A stretch of DNA of 32,000 bases from Archaeoglobus fulgidus DSM 4304 (GTDB lineage Archaea > Halobacteriota > Archaeoglobi > Archaeoglobales > Archaeoglobaceae): the NCBI RefSeq assembly GCF_000008665.1, contig NC_000917.1, positions 1,800,001 to 1,832,000 of the forward strand. Direction: 5' to 3'. The number at the start of each line of letters is the position of its first letter. Within the stretch, counting starts at the first letter, position 1. This document shows positions 1-7,302 of the stretch, piece after piece. The notes beneath the pieces are model-generated. The model searched no databases. It saw only the letters and a program-made list of their open reading frames with translations, and had not been told where the DNA came from. The translations under genes were made by a program, and so were the position numbers.

Positions 1-158
1 CAAACGTGACAGGTGGTGCAGTTCCACAGCTCCTCGCTCCAGAAGTCATCTCCACTGGAAATGTAGCGGGCAATGAGCTTCCTGATGTTCATCGCATACC
101 GCATGCTGCAGGATGAGCTGCACACCGCGCACTGCATGCAGGCTGTGAGAGAAACCAT
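1..158 (-). CDS. 4Fe-4S cluster protein, HdrC-like; N-terminal part only, gene continues beyond the window start
   Basis: Not in the ORF track because it runs off the edge. The reverse-strand ATG at 158-156 is preceded by an in-frame TAA. Hand translation gives MVSLTACMQCAVCSSSCSMRYAMNIRKLIARYISSGDDFWSEELWNCTTCHV. It shows a CxxCxxCxxxC ferredoxin motif and the start of a second CxxC motif, as in heterodisulfide reductase subunit C-type proteins. Confidence 0.55.
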   Translation of the reverse strand, partial: MVSLTACMQCAVCSSSCSMRYAMNIRKLIARYISSGDDFWSEELWNCTTCHV

Positions 159-256
159 AGTTTAACTACACCTGCAAAATAAAACAATTTAGGTTTAACA
201 GCCCGTTGACATTAGCTCTTTTACCTCACATTTTTAGCAACTACCAAAAAGCAACC

Positions 257-673
257 TCACCTTTTCACAATCCTTTCCAGCCTTCTAACAGCCTGCCTCA
301 AATCATCCTCGTTGTCGAAGTAAAGAGTTCTGACTGAAAAAATCCCTGCCCCCTTCAGCCTGATAACTCTCCTCTCCTCATCCACCTCAAATCCCTCTAT
401 ATCCTTCAGGTTCGTCTTAAAGGGCCTGTAGTAAACATAATCACCCTCGATGTAGTAGTGCCTCGGCTTTCCGAGCGTAATGATGGCGTAGAGGGAAATA
501 AAGAGGGCAAATATAGCTGCCGCAATCAGCGACTTCCCAACCTCCGCCCCTCCAGCAATCTTGTAGGCGGTGTACCCGAATCCAGCCAGAACAATAAGGA
601 GGATGAACGCGGTCCACTTTCTCCTTGCTGCAGGATTGTTCAAAGCTCTGTATGTCCAGATCATGTCCCGCAC
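257..673 (-). CDS. Small membrane protein: two N-terminal TM helices plus a C-terminal PH-like (bPH_2/DUF304-like) domain
   Basis: 138-aa ORF. Hydrophobic segments are [18 protein letters not shown] and [19 protein letters not shown], followed by a roughly 70-aa soluble domain. Its start overlaps the ahcY stop by 13 nt. The family assignment is pattern-based only. Confidence 0.5.
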   Translation of the reverse strand: MRDMIWTYRALNNPAARRKWTAFILLIVLAGFGYTAYKIAGGAEVGKSLIAAAIFALFISLYAIITLGKPRHYYIEGDYVYYRPFKTNLKDIEGFEVDEERRVIRLKGAGIFSVRTLYFDNEDDLRQAVRRLERIVKR

Positions 674-1878
674 CTCCAGTCGCTCAGATACCTTACCTGC
701 TCCTCAGTAAGCTGGTCAATCTCAACGCCCATCGACTCAAGCTTCATTCTCGCAACCATTCTGTCAAGCTCTTCGGGCAGCCTGTAAACCTTCCTCTCCA
801 GCTTCTGCCAGTTCTCGGCAATGTATTTAGCAGCTAAAGCCTGATTGGCAAAGCTCATGTCCATAACCTCTACTGGATGACCATCGGCAGCAACGAGGTT
901 CACCAGCCTTCCCTCTGCGAGCAGGTAAACCCTTTTATCGCCCAGATCATACTCTGTTACGTACTTTCTCGCCTCTCTCTTCGCCTTTGCCATCCTCTCA
1001 AGGGCCGGGATGTCAATCTCAACGTTGAAATGGCCGGCATTCGCCAGAATCGCCCCATCCTTCATCAGCCTTATGTGCTCCTCCCTGATGATGTCCCTGT
1101 TGCCCGTAGCTGTGATGAAGATATCCCCGATTTTTGCTGCATCCTCCATCCTCATAACTCTGAATCCATCCATCACCGCCTCAAGAGCCCTGATTTCATC
1201 AACCTCCGTAACAACAACGCTTGCCCCCATTCCCCTCGCTCTCATCGCTATTCCTCTACCACACCACCCGTAGCCAGCTACAACAACAATTTTTCCAGCC
1301 ATCAGCAGGTTTGTGGCTCTGATAACTCCATCAATGGCGGACTGGCCAGTGCCATAGCGGTTATCGAAGAGGTACTTTGTGTAGGCGTCATTCACAGCAA
1401 TAACGGGGAATTTCAGCACCCCCTCCCTTTCCATCGCCCTGAGCCTTATAACTCCCGTCGTCGTCTCCTCGCTCGCCCCCTTCACCTTTTCAGCATAGCT
1501 CTCCATCTCGCCGTGAAGGAGGAAAATGAGGTCTGCGCCATCGTCGATGACTATATCCGGTTCAGCCCTTATAACATTCCTCAAGGCCTCGTAATACTCC
1601 TCAACATCCATCCCCCTCTTTGCGTAGCATGCAATCCCGCTCTCCCTCAAAGCATCTGCCACATCATCCTGAGTGCTCATGGGATTGCAGCCCGTAATCG
1701 CCACCTCAGCCCCAGCATCAACGAGAGTTCTAACCAGAACTGCGGTTTTCGCCTCAACATGCAAAGCCATGCCGACGGTAAAGCCCTCCAGCGGTCTCTC
1801 CTTCCTGAACTGCTCCCTTATCTTTCCAAGAACCTTCATGTAGCGCTCTGCCCACTCAATCTTCCTGAAGCCCTCCAT
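661..1878 (-). CDS. ahcY: S-adenosyl-L-homocysteine hydrolase (adenosylhomocysteinase), short archaeal type
   Basis: 405-aa ORF with typical SAHH blocks ([36 protein letters not shown]-binding loop, GHFNVEID). Confidence 0.9.
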   Translation of the reverse strand: MEGFRKIEWAERYMKVLGKIREQFRKERPLEGFTVGMALHVEAKTAVLVRTLVDAGAEVAITGCNPMSTQDDVADALRESGIACYAKRGMDVEEYYEALRNVIRAEPDIVIDDGADLIFLLHGEMESYAEKVKGASEETTTGVIRLRAMEREGVLKFPVIAVNDAYTKYLFDNRYGTGQSAIDGVIRATNLLMAGKIVVVAGYGWCGRGIAMRARGMGASVVVTEVDEIRALEAVMDGFRVMRMEDAAKIGDIFITATGNRDIIREEHIRLMKDGAILANAGHFNVEIDIPALERMAKAKREARKYVTEYDLGDKRVYLLAEGRLVNLVAADGHPVEVMDMSFANQALAAKYIAENWQKLERKVYRLPEELDRMVARMKLESMGVEIDQLTEEQVRYLSDWRCGT

Positions 1879-1881
1879 TTC

Positions 1882-2418
1882 TCACACCTTCCTCATAAAC
1901 TCCTCAATTCTGTCCTCAAGCTCAGAAAGCCAGTCTATACCTCCCGGCTTATACCTTTTCCTCGCCTCCCTGTCTCCCCTTATTATGGCCTCAACAGCCT
2001 CAATAACCTCCTCAAGGCTCATTTCGGTTGTATCAATCTCGTAAACCTCACTGGCATGCTCAAGAGCCTCAACAAGGATTACGTCAAGCATCTCTGCCTC
2101 AAGATTTTCCAGCAGCTTCTCCTCGCTCCAGTTCCTACCCTTTAACCTCTCCCTAAGCACAGCAGGATTGCACCTCAGCACAATGGCCACATCAGGCTTC
2201 AGAAGATGGGAGAGGTGACCCTCCACAATTCCCTCAAAATCAATTCTTGCTGCAAGGCTTTCAACATCAATAACAATCTCCCCATCCTCCTCATCGATTA
2301 TGCAACCATGCTTCTCCGCCAGCTCCACAACAGTCGCAACTTTATACCCCCTCTCCCTCAACCGCTCAGCAACGCTGCTTTTTCCCGTGCCGGGAGTGCC
2401 AGTAAGGGCAATCAGCAT
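1882..2418 (-). CDS. Putative adenylate kinase / nucleoside-triphosphatase of the AK6-Fap7 family
   Basis: 178-aa ORF with a P-loop at the N-terminus (LTGTPGTGKSS). Size and layout match archaeal AK6/Fap7 homologues. It overlaps the hisC stop by 7 nt. Confidence 0.75.
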   Translation of the reverse strand: MLIALTGTPGTGKSSVAERLRERGYKVATVVELAEKHGCIIDEEDGEIVIDVESLAARIDFEGIVEGHLSHLLKPDVAIVLRCNPAVLRERLKGRNWSEEKLLENLEAEMLDVILVEALEHASEVYEIDTTEMSLEEVIEAVEAIIRGDREARKRYKPGGIDWLSELEDRIEEFMRKV

Positions 2419-3476
2419 CCAAGCACCTCTTTCAAAGCCTCAAGGAACATGTCGTTTTCCTCTGGCCTTCCAACAGTCACTCTGATGTGGTTACCGCAAC
2501 CAACAAAGCTGCTGCAGTCCCTCACTATAACCCCTCTCTTCAGCAGCTCCTCTGCCAGATTCTCAACGGGGCTCTCAAAGAAGAGGAAGTTCGCCTGTGA
2601 GAGATTTACCTCTACGAGCTTCTTCAACTCTTTGTACAGCCTCTCCCTCTCCGCCTTTATTCTCCCCACACAGCTTCGCATCCACTCCACATCATCGAGA
2701 GCCGCCTCAGCAGCCTTTGCAGCGGGAGTTGAGAGGGGGAAGGGAGTCATTGCCGCCCTGAAGGGGCTAACGAGCCATTCAGGTAGCAAGGCATATCCAA
2801 TTCTCAGGTTCGCCAGCCCGAAGGCCTTTGAGAAAGTTCGGGCAATTACAACATTCTCCGCATCGACGCTAAAGGATACATCGGAAAACTCAACGTAGGC
2901 CTCATCGAGGAAGATAAGGGCATTGGTTGAGTTAACAAGCTCCTCTATTAGCTTAGCATCCTCCGCATTCCCCGTTGGATTGTTGGGATTGCAGATGAGG
3001 ATAATTTTGGTTTTCTGAGTTATGGCATCAAAAATGGACTCATCAATGCGGTAGTTCTCGCCTCTCCTCACCAGAACTTCCTTCCCGCAGCTAAGCTTTG
3101 TTAGAATGTGGTAGTAAGGGAAGGTCGGAATCGGTATGACGACCTCATCCCCCTCGTCTATGAGAATTCTGAAGAGCGTTTCAAGGATTCCGTCAATTCC
3201 TGCCCCCACCACAACTCTATCAGCATCCCATCCAGTGTAATCGGATATCTTCTCCCTCAGCTCCCTGTACTCTGGATTCGGATAGATGTGCAGGTCGGAG
3301 TAGCTCCTGAACGCTTCTATGGCTTTTGGGCTCGGCCCATAGGGATTCTCGTTCGAGGCAAGCTTAACCACTCTTTCAAGGCCGTACTTCCTCTTAACCT
3401 CCTCAATGCTCTTTCCCGGAATGTATTTTGAGAGTTCTGCACACTTCCTCAGCAACCTCTCACCGCACAACCTCAA
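2412..3476 (-). CDS. hisC: Histidinol-phosphate aminotransferase family (class II PLP aminotransferase), paralogue 1
   Basis: 354-aa ORF with YIPGKSIEEVKRKYGL, LASNENPYGPSP, NPNNPTGN and the TFSKAFGLANLRIGY PLP-lysine block. There is no in-frame ATG near the 5' end. Candidate starts are TTG at 3476, 3470 or 3455, so the start is uncertain by up to 21 nt. Confidence 0.85.
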   Translation of the reverse strand: MRLCGERLLRKCAELSKYIPGKSIEEVKRKYGLERVVKLASNENPYGPSPKAIEAFRSYSDLHIYPNPEYRELREKISDYTGWDADRVVVGAGIDGILETLFRILIDEGDEVVIPIPTFPYYHILTKLSCGKEVLVRRGENYRIDESIFDAITQKTKIILICNPNNPTGNAEDAKLIEELVNSTNALIFLDEAYVEFSDVSFSVDAENVVIARTFSKAFGLANLRIGYALLPEWLVSPFRAAMTPFPLSTPAAKAAEAALDDVEWMRSCVGRIKAERERLYKELKKLVEVNLSQANFLFFESPVENLAEELLKRGVIVRDCSSFVGCGNHIRVTVGRPEENDMFLEALKEVLGC

Positions 3477-3609
3477 TCTGCACTATGTCCCAGTCCTCAT
3501 CAACGCCCTTTAGCGTTGAGACGAGAGCCTCAATAACCCTCCCAAACACTTTGGTCACGAACTCGTTCATCTCTATGTCTTCACCATCAACAACAAGCCT
3601 TACCTCCAT
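3460..3609 (-). CDS. Small acidic protein of unknown function (49 aa), translationally coupled to mfnA
   Basis: Hand-translated: MEVRLVVDGEDIEMNEFVTKVFGRVIEALVSTLKGVDEDWDIVQIEVVR, stop TGA at 3462-3460. The ATG at 3609 lies 4 nt after the mfnA stop and is preceded by GGAGGTGAT, a strong Shine-Dalgarno match. It falls below the ORF-track length cut-off. Confidence 0.6.
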   Translation of the reverse strand: MEVRLVVDGEDIEMNEFVTKVFGRVIEALVSTLKGVDEDWDIVQIEVVR

Positions 3610-3613
3610 CCTA

Positions 3614-4717
3614 TCACCTCCTTAAAACCTTCCTGAAATCGCTTATGAAGTTCTTAATAACCTCTTCCGTCACGTGGGGCATAACAACAAATCTTATGGC
3701 CTTTGGCTCCCTGATTGTCGAGATGACCCACCTCATCCTGTAAAGCTCCTCCTTAATCCTTTCAGCCTCATCCGTTCTGAAGGAAACAACGTTCATGACA
3801 GGCTCGATAACGGGCTCAAAGCCCAGATCCCTCATCTCCTCGACGAGGATTCGAGTGTTCTTCAGGCAGTTTTTAACAACCTCCCTCATTCCCTCAAAGC
3901 CCAGAGACTTCAAAACAGCATAGGCTGAGGCCACACCAGTCCCCGGCCTTGTCCCTGTTAAAGTGAATTGAGTTTTTGACGTCAGGTAGGGAGTTTCCAC
4001 CTCCAGAGCCCTCAGGTAGCTCTCATTCCTGAAAATGATTCCCCCAGCAGGGATGGTTGCCATCCCCATCTTGTGGGGGTCTATGGTTATCGACGAAACG
4101 CCCCTATTCTGGAAATCGAAGGGATAAGGATTGTCCATGAAAGGGATAACGAGCCCTCCAAAGGCCGCATCGACGTGAAGCTCAACCTGCCTCTCTTCTG
4201 CAAGCTTCGAGAGCTCCACAATGGGGTCAATCTGTCCAAGCTCGGTCGTTCCTGCAATGCCAACAATTGCAACAGTGTTTTCGTCCATCAAATCCTCAAC
4301 CTGCCCCACGTCAACCTTATACTCCTCATCCACTCCCGCTCTTTTAATTTTAACTCCCAGAATGTCGCCAATTTTCTCAAAGGAGAAGTGAGCAGTTTTG
4401 GGAATTACAATGTTGGGATTTTCCTTCTTCTGAACATTTCTTGCCGCCCTTATTCCCTGAATGTTCGCCTCCGTGCCTCCAGAGCAGATGTAGCCCGCGG
4501 GAGTTTCGCAGTGCAGAATGTCGCCAATTAGCCTCATCAGCTTTGCCTCAAGCTCCACCGTCCCCCTGAAGATTCCGGGGTCGCCAAGGTTCGTCTCGAT
4601 GAACATTCTGTGGGCCTCAACCGCAACTGGATGGGGGACGGTGCACATTGAGCTGAGCACCCTTGAGTAGGGAATGTCCTTCTCCCTGTAAGCTCTCAGC
4701 TCCTCGATGATGTCCAT
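3614..4717 (-). CDS. mfnA: L-tyrosine/L-aspartate decarboxylase (PLP-dependent, methanofuran/CoA biosynthesis type)
   Basis: 367-aa ORF of the group II decarboxylase family. It carries the SGGTEAN block and the DPHKMG PLP-lysine motif, and its size is typical of archaeal MfnA. Confidence 0.85.
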   Translation of the reverse strand: MDIIEELRAYREKDIPYSRVLSSMCTVPHPVAVEAHRMFIETNLGDPGIFRGTVELEAKLMRLIGDILHCETPAGYICSGGTEANIQGIRAARNVQKKENPNIVIPKTAHFSFEKIGDILGVKIKRAGVDEEYKVDVGQVEDLMDENTVAIVGIAGTTELGQIDPIVELSKLAEERQVELHVDAAFGGLVIPFMDNPYPFDFQNRGVSSITIDPHKMGMATIPAGGIIFRNESYLRALEVETPYLTSKTQFTLTGTRPGTGVASAYAVLKSLGFEGMREVVKNCLKNTRILVEEMRDLGFEPVIEPVMNVVSFRTDEAERIKEELYRMRWVISTIREPKAIRFVVMPHVTEEVIKNFISDFRKVLRR

Positions 4718-4736
4718 GGCAAAACCTCGGAAAAGT

Positions 4737-4745
4737 GTAATAAAT
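4737..4745. promoter_or_regulatory. Shared A/T-rich TATA element of a 48-bp divergent intergenic region (mfnA operon / mobA)
   Basis: TAATAAATA is centred about 25 nt from both the mfnA ATG (4717, minus) and the mobA GTG (4766, plus). That is the spacing expected for leaderless archaeal transcripts in both directions. Confidence 0.45.
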
Positions 4746-4765
4746 AACTAACTAAAGTAAGCTCG

Positions 4766-5368
4766 GTGAAGGTTGCTGTCCTCGTTGGTGGAGTTGGAAG
4801 GAGAATCGGGATGGAGAAAACTGAGGTAATGCTGTGCGGCAAAAAGCTCATTGAGTGGGTTCTGGAAAAGTACTCCCCCTTTCAGACAGTCTTTGTCTGC
4901 AGGGATGAGAAGCAGGCGGAGAAGCTTTCATCGCGGTATGAGGCTGAGTTCATCTGGGATTTGCACAAAGGCGTGGGCTCCATCGCTGGAATCCATGCCG
5001 CTTTAAGGCACTTCGGAAGCTGCGTTGTTGCTGCAATAGACATGCCCTTTGTCAAGCCTGAGGTGCTGGAGCATCTTTACAAGGAGGGTGAAAAGGCGGG
5101 CTGTGACGCTCTCATTCCAAAACACGACTATCCCGAGCCTCTGCTTGCATACTACGCTGAAAGCGCTGCAGATGAGCTGGAGAGGGCAATTCTTCAGGGA
5201 ATCAGAAAAATCCTCGTTCCGCTTGAGAGGCTCAATGTTGTTTACTATCCTGTGGAAAAGCTGAGAAAGTTTGATAAGGAGCTAATCTCATTTTTCAACA
5301 TCAACACTCCTGATGATTTAAAGAGGGCTGAAGAGATATGCTCAAAGATGAGTACGGAAGGGTTGTAA
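4766..5368 (+). CDS. mobA: Molybdenum cofactor guanylyltransferase
   Basis: 200-aa ORF with a GTG start and the N-terminal VLVGGVGRRIG nucleotidyltransferase motif. It sits directly upstream of moaA and overlaps it by 31 nt. Confidence 0.75.
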   Translation: MKVAVLVGGVGRRIGMEKTEVMLCGKKLIEWVLEKYSPFQTVFVCRDEKQAEKLSSRYEAEFIWDLHKGVGSIAGIHAALRHFGSCVVAAIDMPFVKPEVLEHLYKEGEKAGCDALIPKHDYPEPLLAYYAESAADELERAILQGIRKILVPLERLNVVYYPVEKLRKFDKELISFFNINTPDDLKRAEEICSKMSTEGL

Positions 5369-6228
5369 CGAACCTGAGGATTGCCGTAACGAAAAAATGT
5401 AACCTGAGATGCTTTTACTGCCACAAAGAGGGGGAGAGTAATCCCGGAGAGGAAATCAGCGCCGAGCGCATTGTTGAGATTGCCAGAGCCTTTAAAGAGC
5501 TTGGAGTGAGAAAGCTGAAGATTACGGGCGGTGAGCCTCTGCTCAGAAAGGATTTGCCCGACATAATCCTGAACCTCCCCGAATTCGAAGAGATTTCGAT
5601 GACGACAAACGGAATTCTCCTCGAAAAGTACGCTGAGGAGCTCAGGGAGTGTGGGCTCAGTAGAGTTAACGTGAGCCTCGACACGCTCGATGCTGAGAAG
5701 TACAGGTGGATAACGGGAGGTGGGGAGGTTCAGAAGGTGGTTAACGGAATTGAGAAGGCATGCGAGGTTGGACTTACACCTGTAAAGATTAACATGCTCG
5801 TGTTGGGAGGAGTGAACGATAACGAGGTTGATGAGCTGCTGGAGTTTACGAACTCCTTCAACAGAGGTAATACCAAAGCCATTCTGCAGGTCATTGAACT
5901 TGTTCCCTTTCCGGGCTTTGAGAAGTACTTCTTCGACATCTCAACCATCGAGGAAAAGTACGCCAGAATGGCCACACAAAGGAGGGTAAGGGCAATGCAC
6001 CGCAGAACGCAGTACTTCACGCCCAAAGGGGTAATTGAGTTCGTGAAGCCGATGGACAACACCGCCTTCTGCATGCACTGCAACAGGATGAGGGTTACCT
6101 CTGACGGCAAGCTTAAGCCCTGCCTTCTGAGGAATGAAACCATCACCATTGACGGGAAGCACGGGGAGGAGCTTGCGAGGGCGATAATAGAGACTGTAAG
6201 GAAAAGAGAGCCTTACTTTAAAGGTTGA
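5338..6228 (+). CDS. moaA: GTP 3',8-cyclase (molybdenum cofactor biosynthesis protein A), radical SAM
   Basis: 296-aa ORF with the LRIAVTKKCNLRCFYCH radical-SAM cluster motif, ITGGEPLLR, and a C-terminal CxxC...C auxiliary cluster (FCMHCNRMRVTSDGKLKPC). Confidence 0.9.
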   Translation: MLKDEYGRVVTNLRIAVTKKCNLRCFYCHKEGESNPGEEISAERIVEIARAFKELGVRKLKITGGEPLLRKDLPDIILNLPEFEEISMTTNGILLEKYAEELRECGLSRVNVSLDTLDAEKYRWITGGGEVQKVVNGIEKACEVGLTPVKINMLVLGGVNDNEVDELLEFTNSFNRGNTKAILQVIELVPFPGFEKYFFDISTIEEKYARMATQRRVRAMHRRTQYFTPKGVIEFVKPMDNTAFCMHCNRMRVTSDGKLKPCLLRNETITIDGKHGEELARAIIETVRKREPYFKG

Positions 6229-6231
6229 AGT

Positions 6232-6891
6232 ATGCGCCCCTATGTTTTTGTCAACGTCGCTGCAAGCCTTGATGGGAAGATAAGTGATGAGAGCAGGAAG
6301 CAGCTCAGAATATCCTGCGAAGAGGATTTAAGGATCGTGGACAGGTTGAGGGCCGAGAGCGATGCTATAATGGTTGGTATAGGAACGGTCCTTGCTGATG
6401 ACCCAAGGCTCACCGTTAAAAGTGCTGAATTGAGAGAGAAAAGGCAGAAGGATGGAAAGGAGCCGAATCCTCTGAGAGTTGTTGTGGACAGCAGGTGCAG
6501 AGTGCCTCTGACCGCCAGAATTCTTAATGACGAGGCAAGAACGCTCGTTGCCGTTTCAAGGATTGCTCCAGAAGAAAAAGTTAGGGAAGTTAAAAAGGTT
6601 GCAGAGGTGGCCGTTTTTGGAGAAGAGAGAGTCGAGCTATCAGCCCTTCTGGAATTTCTCCACAGGAAGGGTGTAAGAAGGCTGATGGTTGAGGGTGGGG
6701 GGACGCTGATTTCATCACTAATCTCACAAAACCTCGTCGATGAGATAAGAATTTACTACGGGCCAATTTTCATAGGAGGTAGAGACTCTCCAACAGTTTG
6801 CGATGGGGAATCCTTTTTGAAAAAATGCAGAATTGAGAAAATTGAAAGGATTGGGGAGGGGTTTGCAGTTACAGCAAGATTCAATCGGTGA
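6232..6891 (+). CDS. arfC: 2,5-diamino-6-(ribosylamino)-4(3H)-pyrimidinone 5'-phosphate reductase (RibD C-terminal domain family)
   Basis: 219-aa ORF. It has the N-terminal VNVAASLDGKI motif and the VEGGGTLISSL motif typical of the archaeal riboflavin-pathway reductase. Confidence 0.8.
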   Translation: MRPYVFVNVAASLDGKISDESRKQLRISCEEDLRIVDRLRAESDAIMVGIGTVLADDPRLTVKSAELREKRQKDGKEPNPLRVVVDSRCRVPLTARILNDEARTLVAVSRIAPEEKVREVKKVAEVAVFGEERVELSALLEFLHRKGVRRLMVEGGGTLISSLISQNLVDEIRIYYGPIFIGGRDSPTVCDGESFLKKCRIEKIERIGEGFAVTARFNR

Positions 6892-7201
6892 ACATTTTCT
6901 CTATTCTCTCAATCTCACCCAAAATCGAGGATTTGAATTCCTTCAAAACCTTCTCGGGTTTTTCCGCAGAGTAAATGTAACCCACCCATCCTTTCTCCAC
7001 AATCTCCCTCCTCACGAAGCCTCTTTTGAGCAACACCTTCAGCCTGTCCCTCACGAATCTTGCAGAGAGGTCAAGCTCTCTGGCGATTTCGCTCACTCTC
7101 ATCCCCCCTCTCTCCAGAAGGAGGGAGTAAATCCTCACATCGGAAGGTTTGAAGCTCAACTTTTCCAGCGCTTTGACCAGCTCGCCAAGAGGGTTGCTCA
7201 T
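6881..7201 (-). CDS. Winged-helix transcriptional regulator, TrmB/ArsR-like
   Basis: 106-aa ORF. The stretch DVRIYSLLLERGGMRVSEIARELDLSARFVRDRLKVLLKRGFV matches the TrmB-type wHTH pattern. Its 3' end overlaps the convergent reductase gene by 11 nt. Confidence 0.65.
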   Translation of the reverse strand: MSNPLGELVKALEKLSFKPSDVRIYSLLLERGGMRVSEIARELDLSARFVRDRLKVLLKRGFVRREIVEKGWVGYIYSAEKPEKVLKEFKSSILGEIERIEKMFTD

Positions 7202-7238
7202 CTATCATTCCTTGTGCATCCAGATATTTAACCTTTTG

Positions 7239-7252
7239 GAACTAAATAGTTC
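7239..7252. promoter_or_regulatory. Perfect 6-bp inverted repeat GAACTA-AA-TAGTTC between divergent promoters; candidate operator
   Basis: Read directly from the sequence. It lies between a TATA-like ATATTTAA (7224-7231, about 25 nt from the regulator ATG at 7201) and AATAAATAT (about 7279-7288, 20-25 nt before the radical SAM start). A further GGAAC half-site is present at 7259-7263. Confidence 0.35.
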
Positions 7253-7302
7253 ATACATAGGAACAATTCAGGCGTAATGAATAAATATCGCATGTCATAC
7301 AT

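Noticed and set aside
877-2145. 422-aa plus-strand ORF, the longest ORF in this part of the track
   Set aside because: It lies entirely antisense to the well-supported ahcY and AK6-type genes. Its translation is low-complexity (Ser/Leu/Pro/His-rich) with no recognisable motifs. It is a typical shadow ORF of a GC-balanced coding region.
2206-2898. 230-aa plus-strand ORF
   Set aside because: It is antisense to the hisC/AK6 junction, its product is Ser/Leu-rich, and it has no start context or motifs. It is a shadow ORF.
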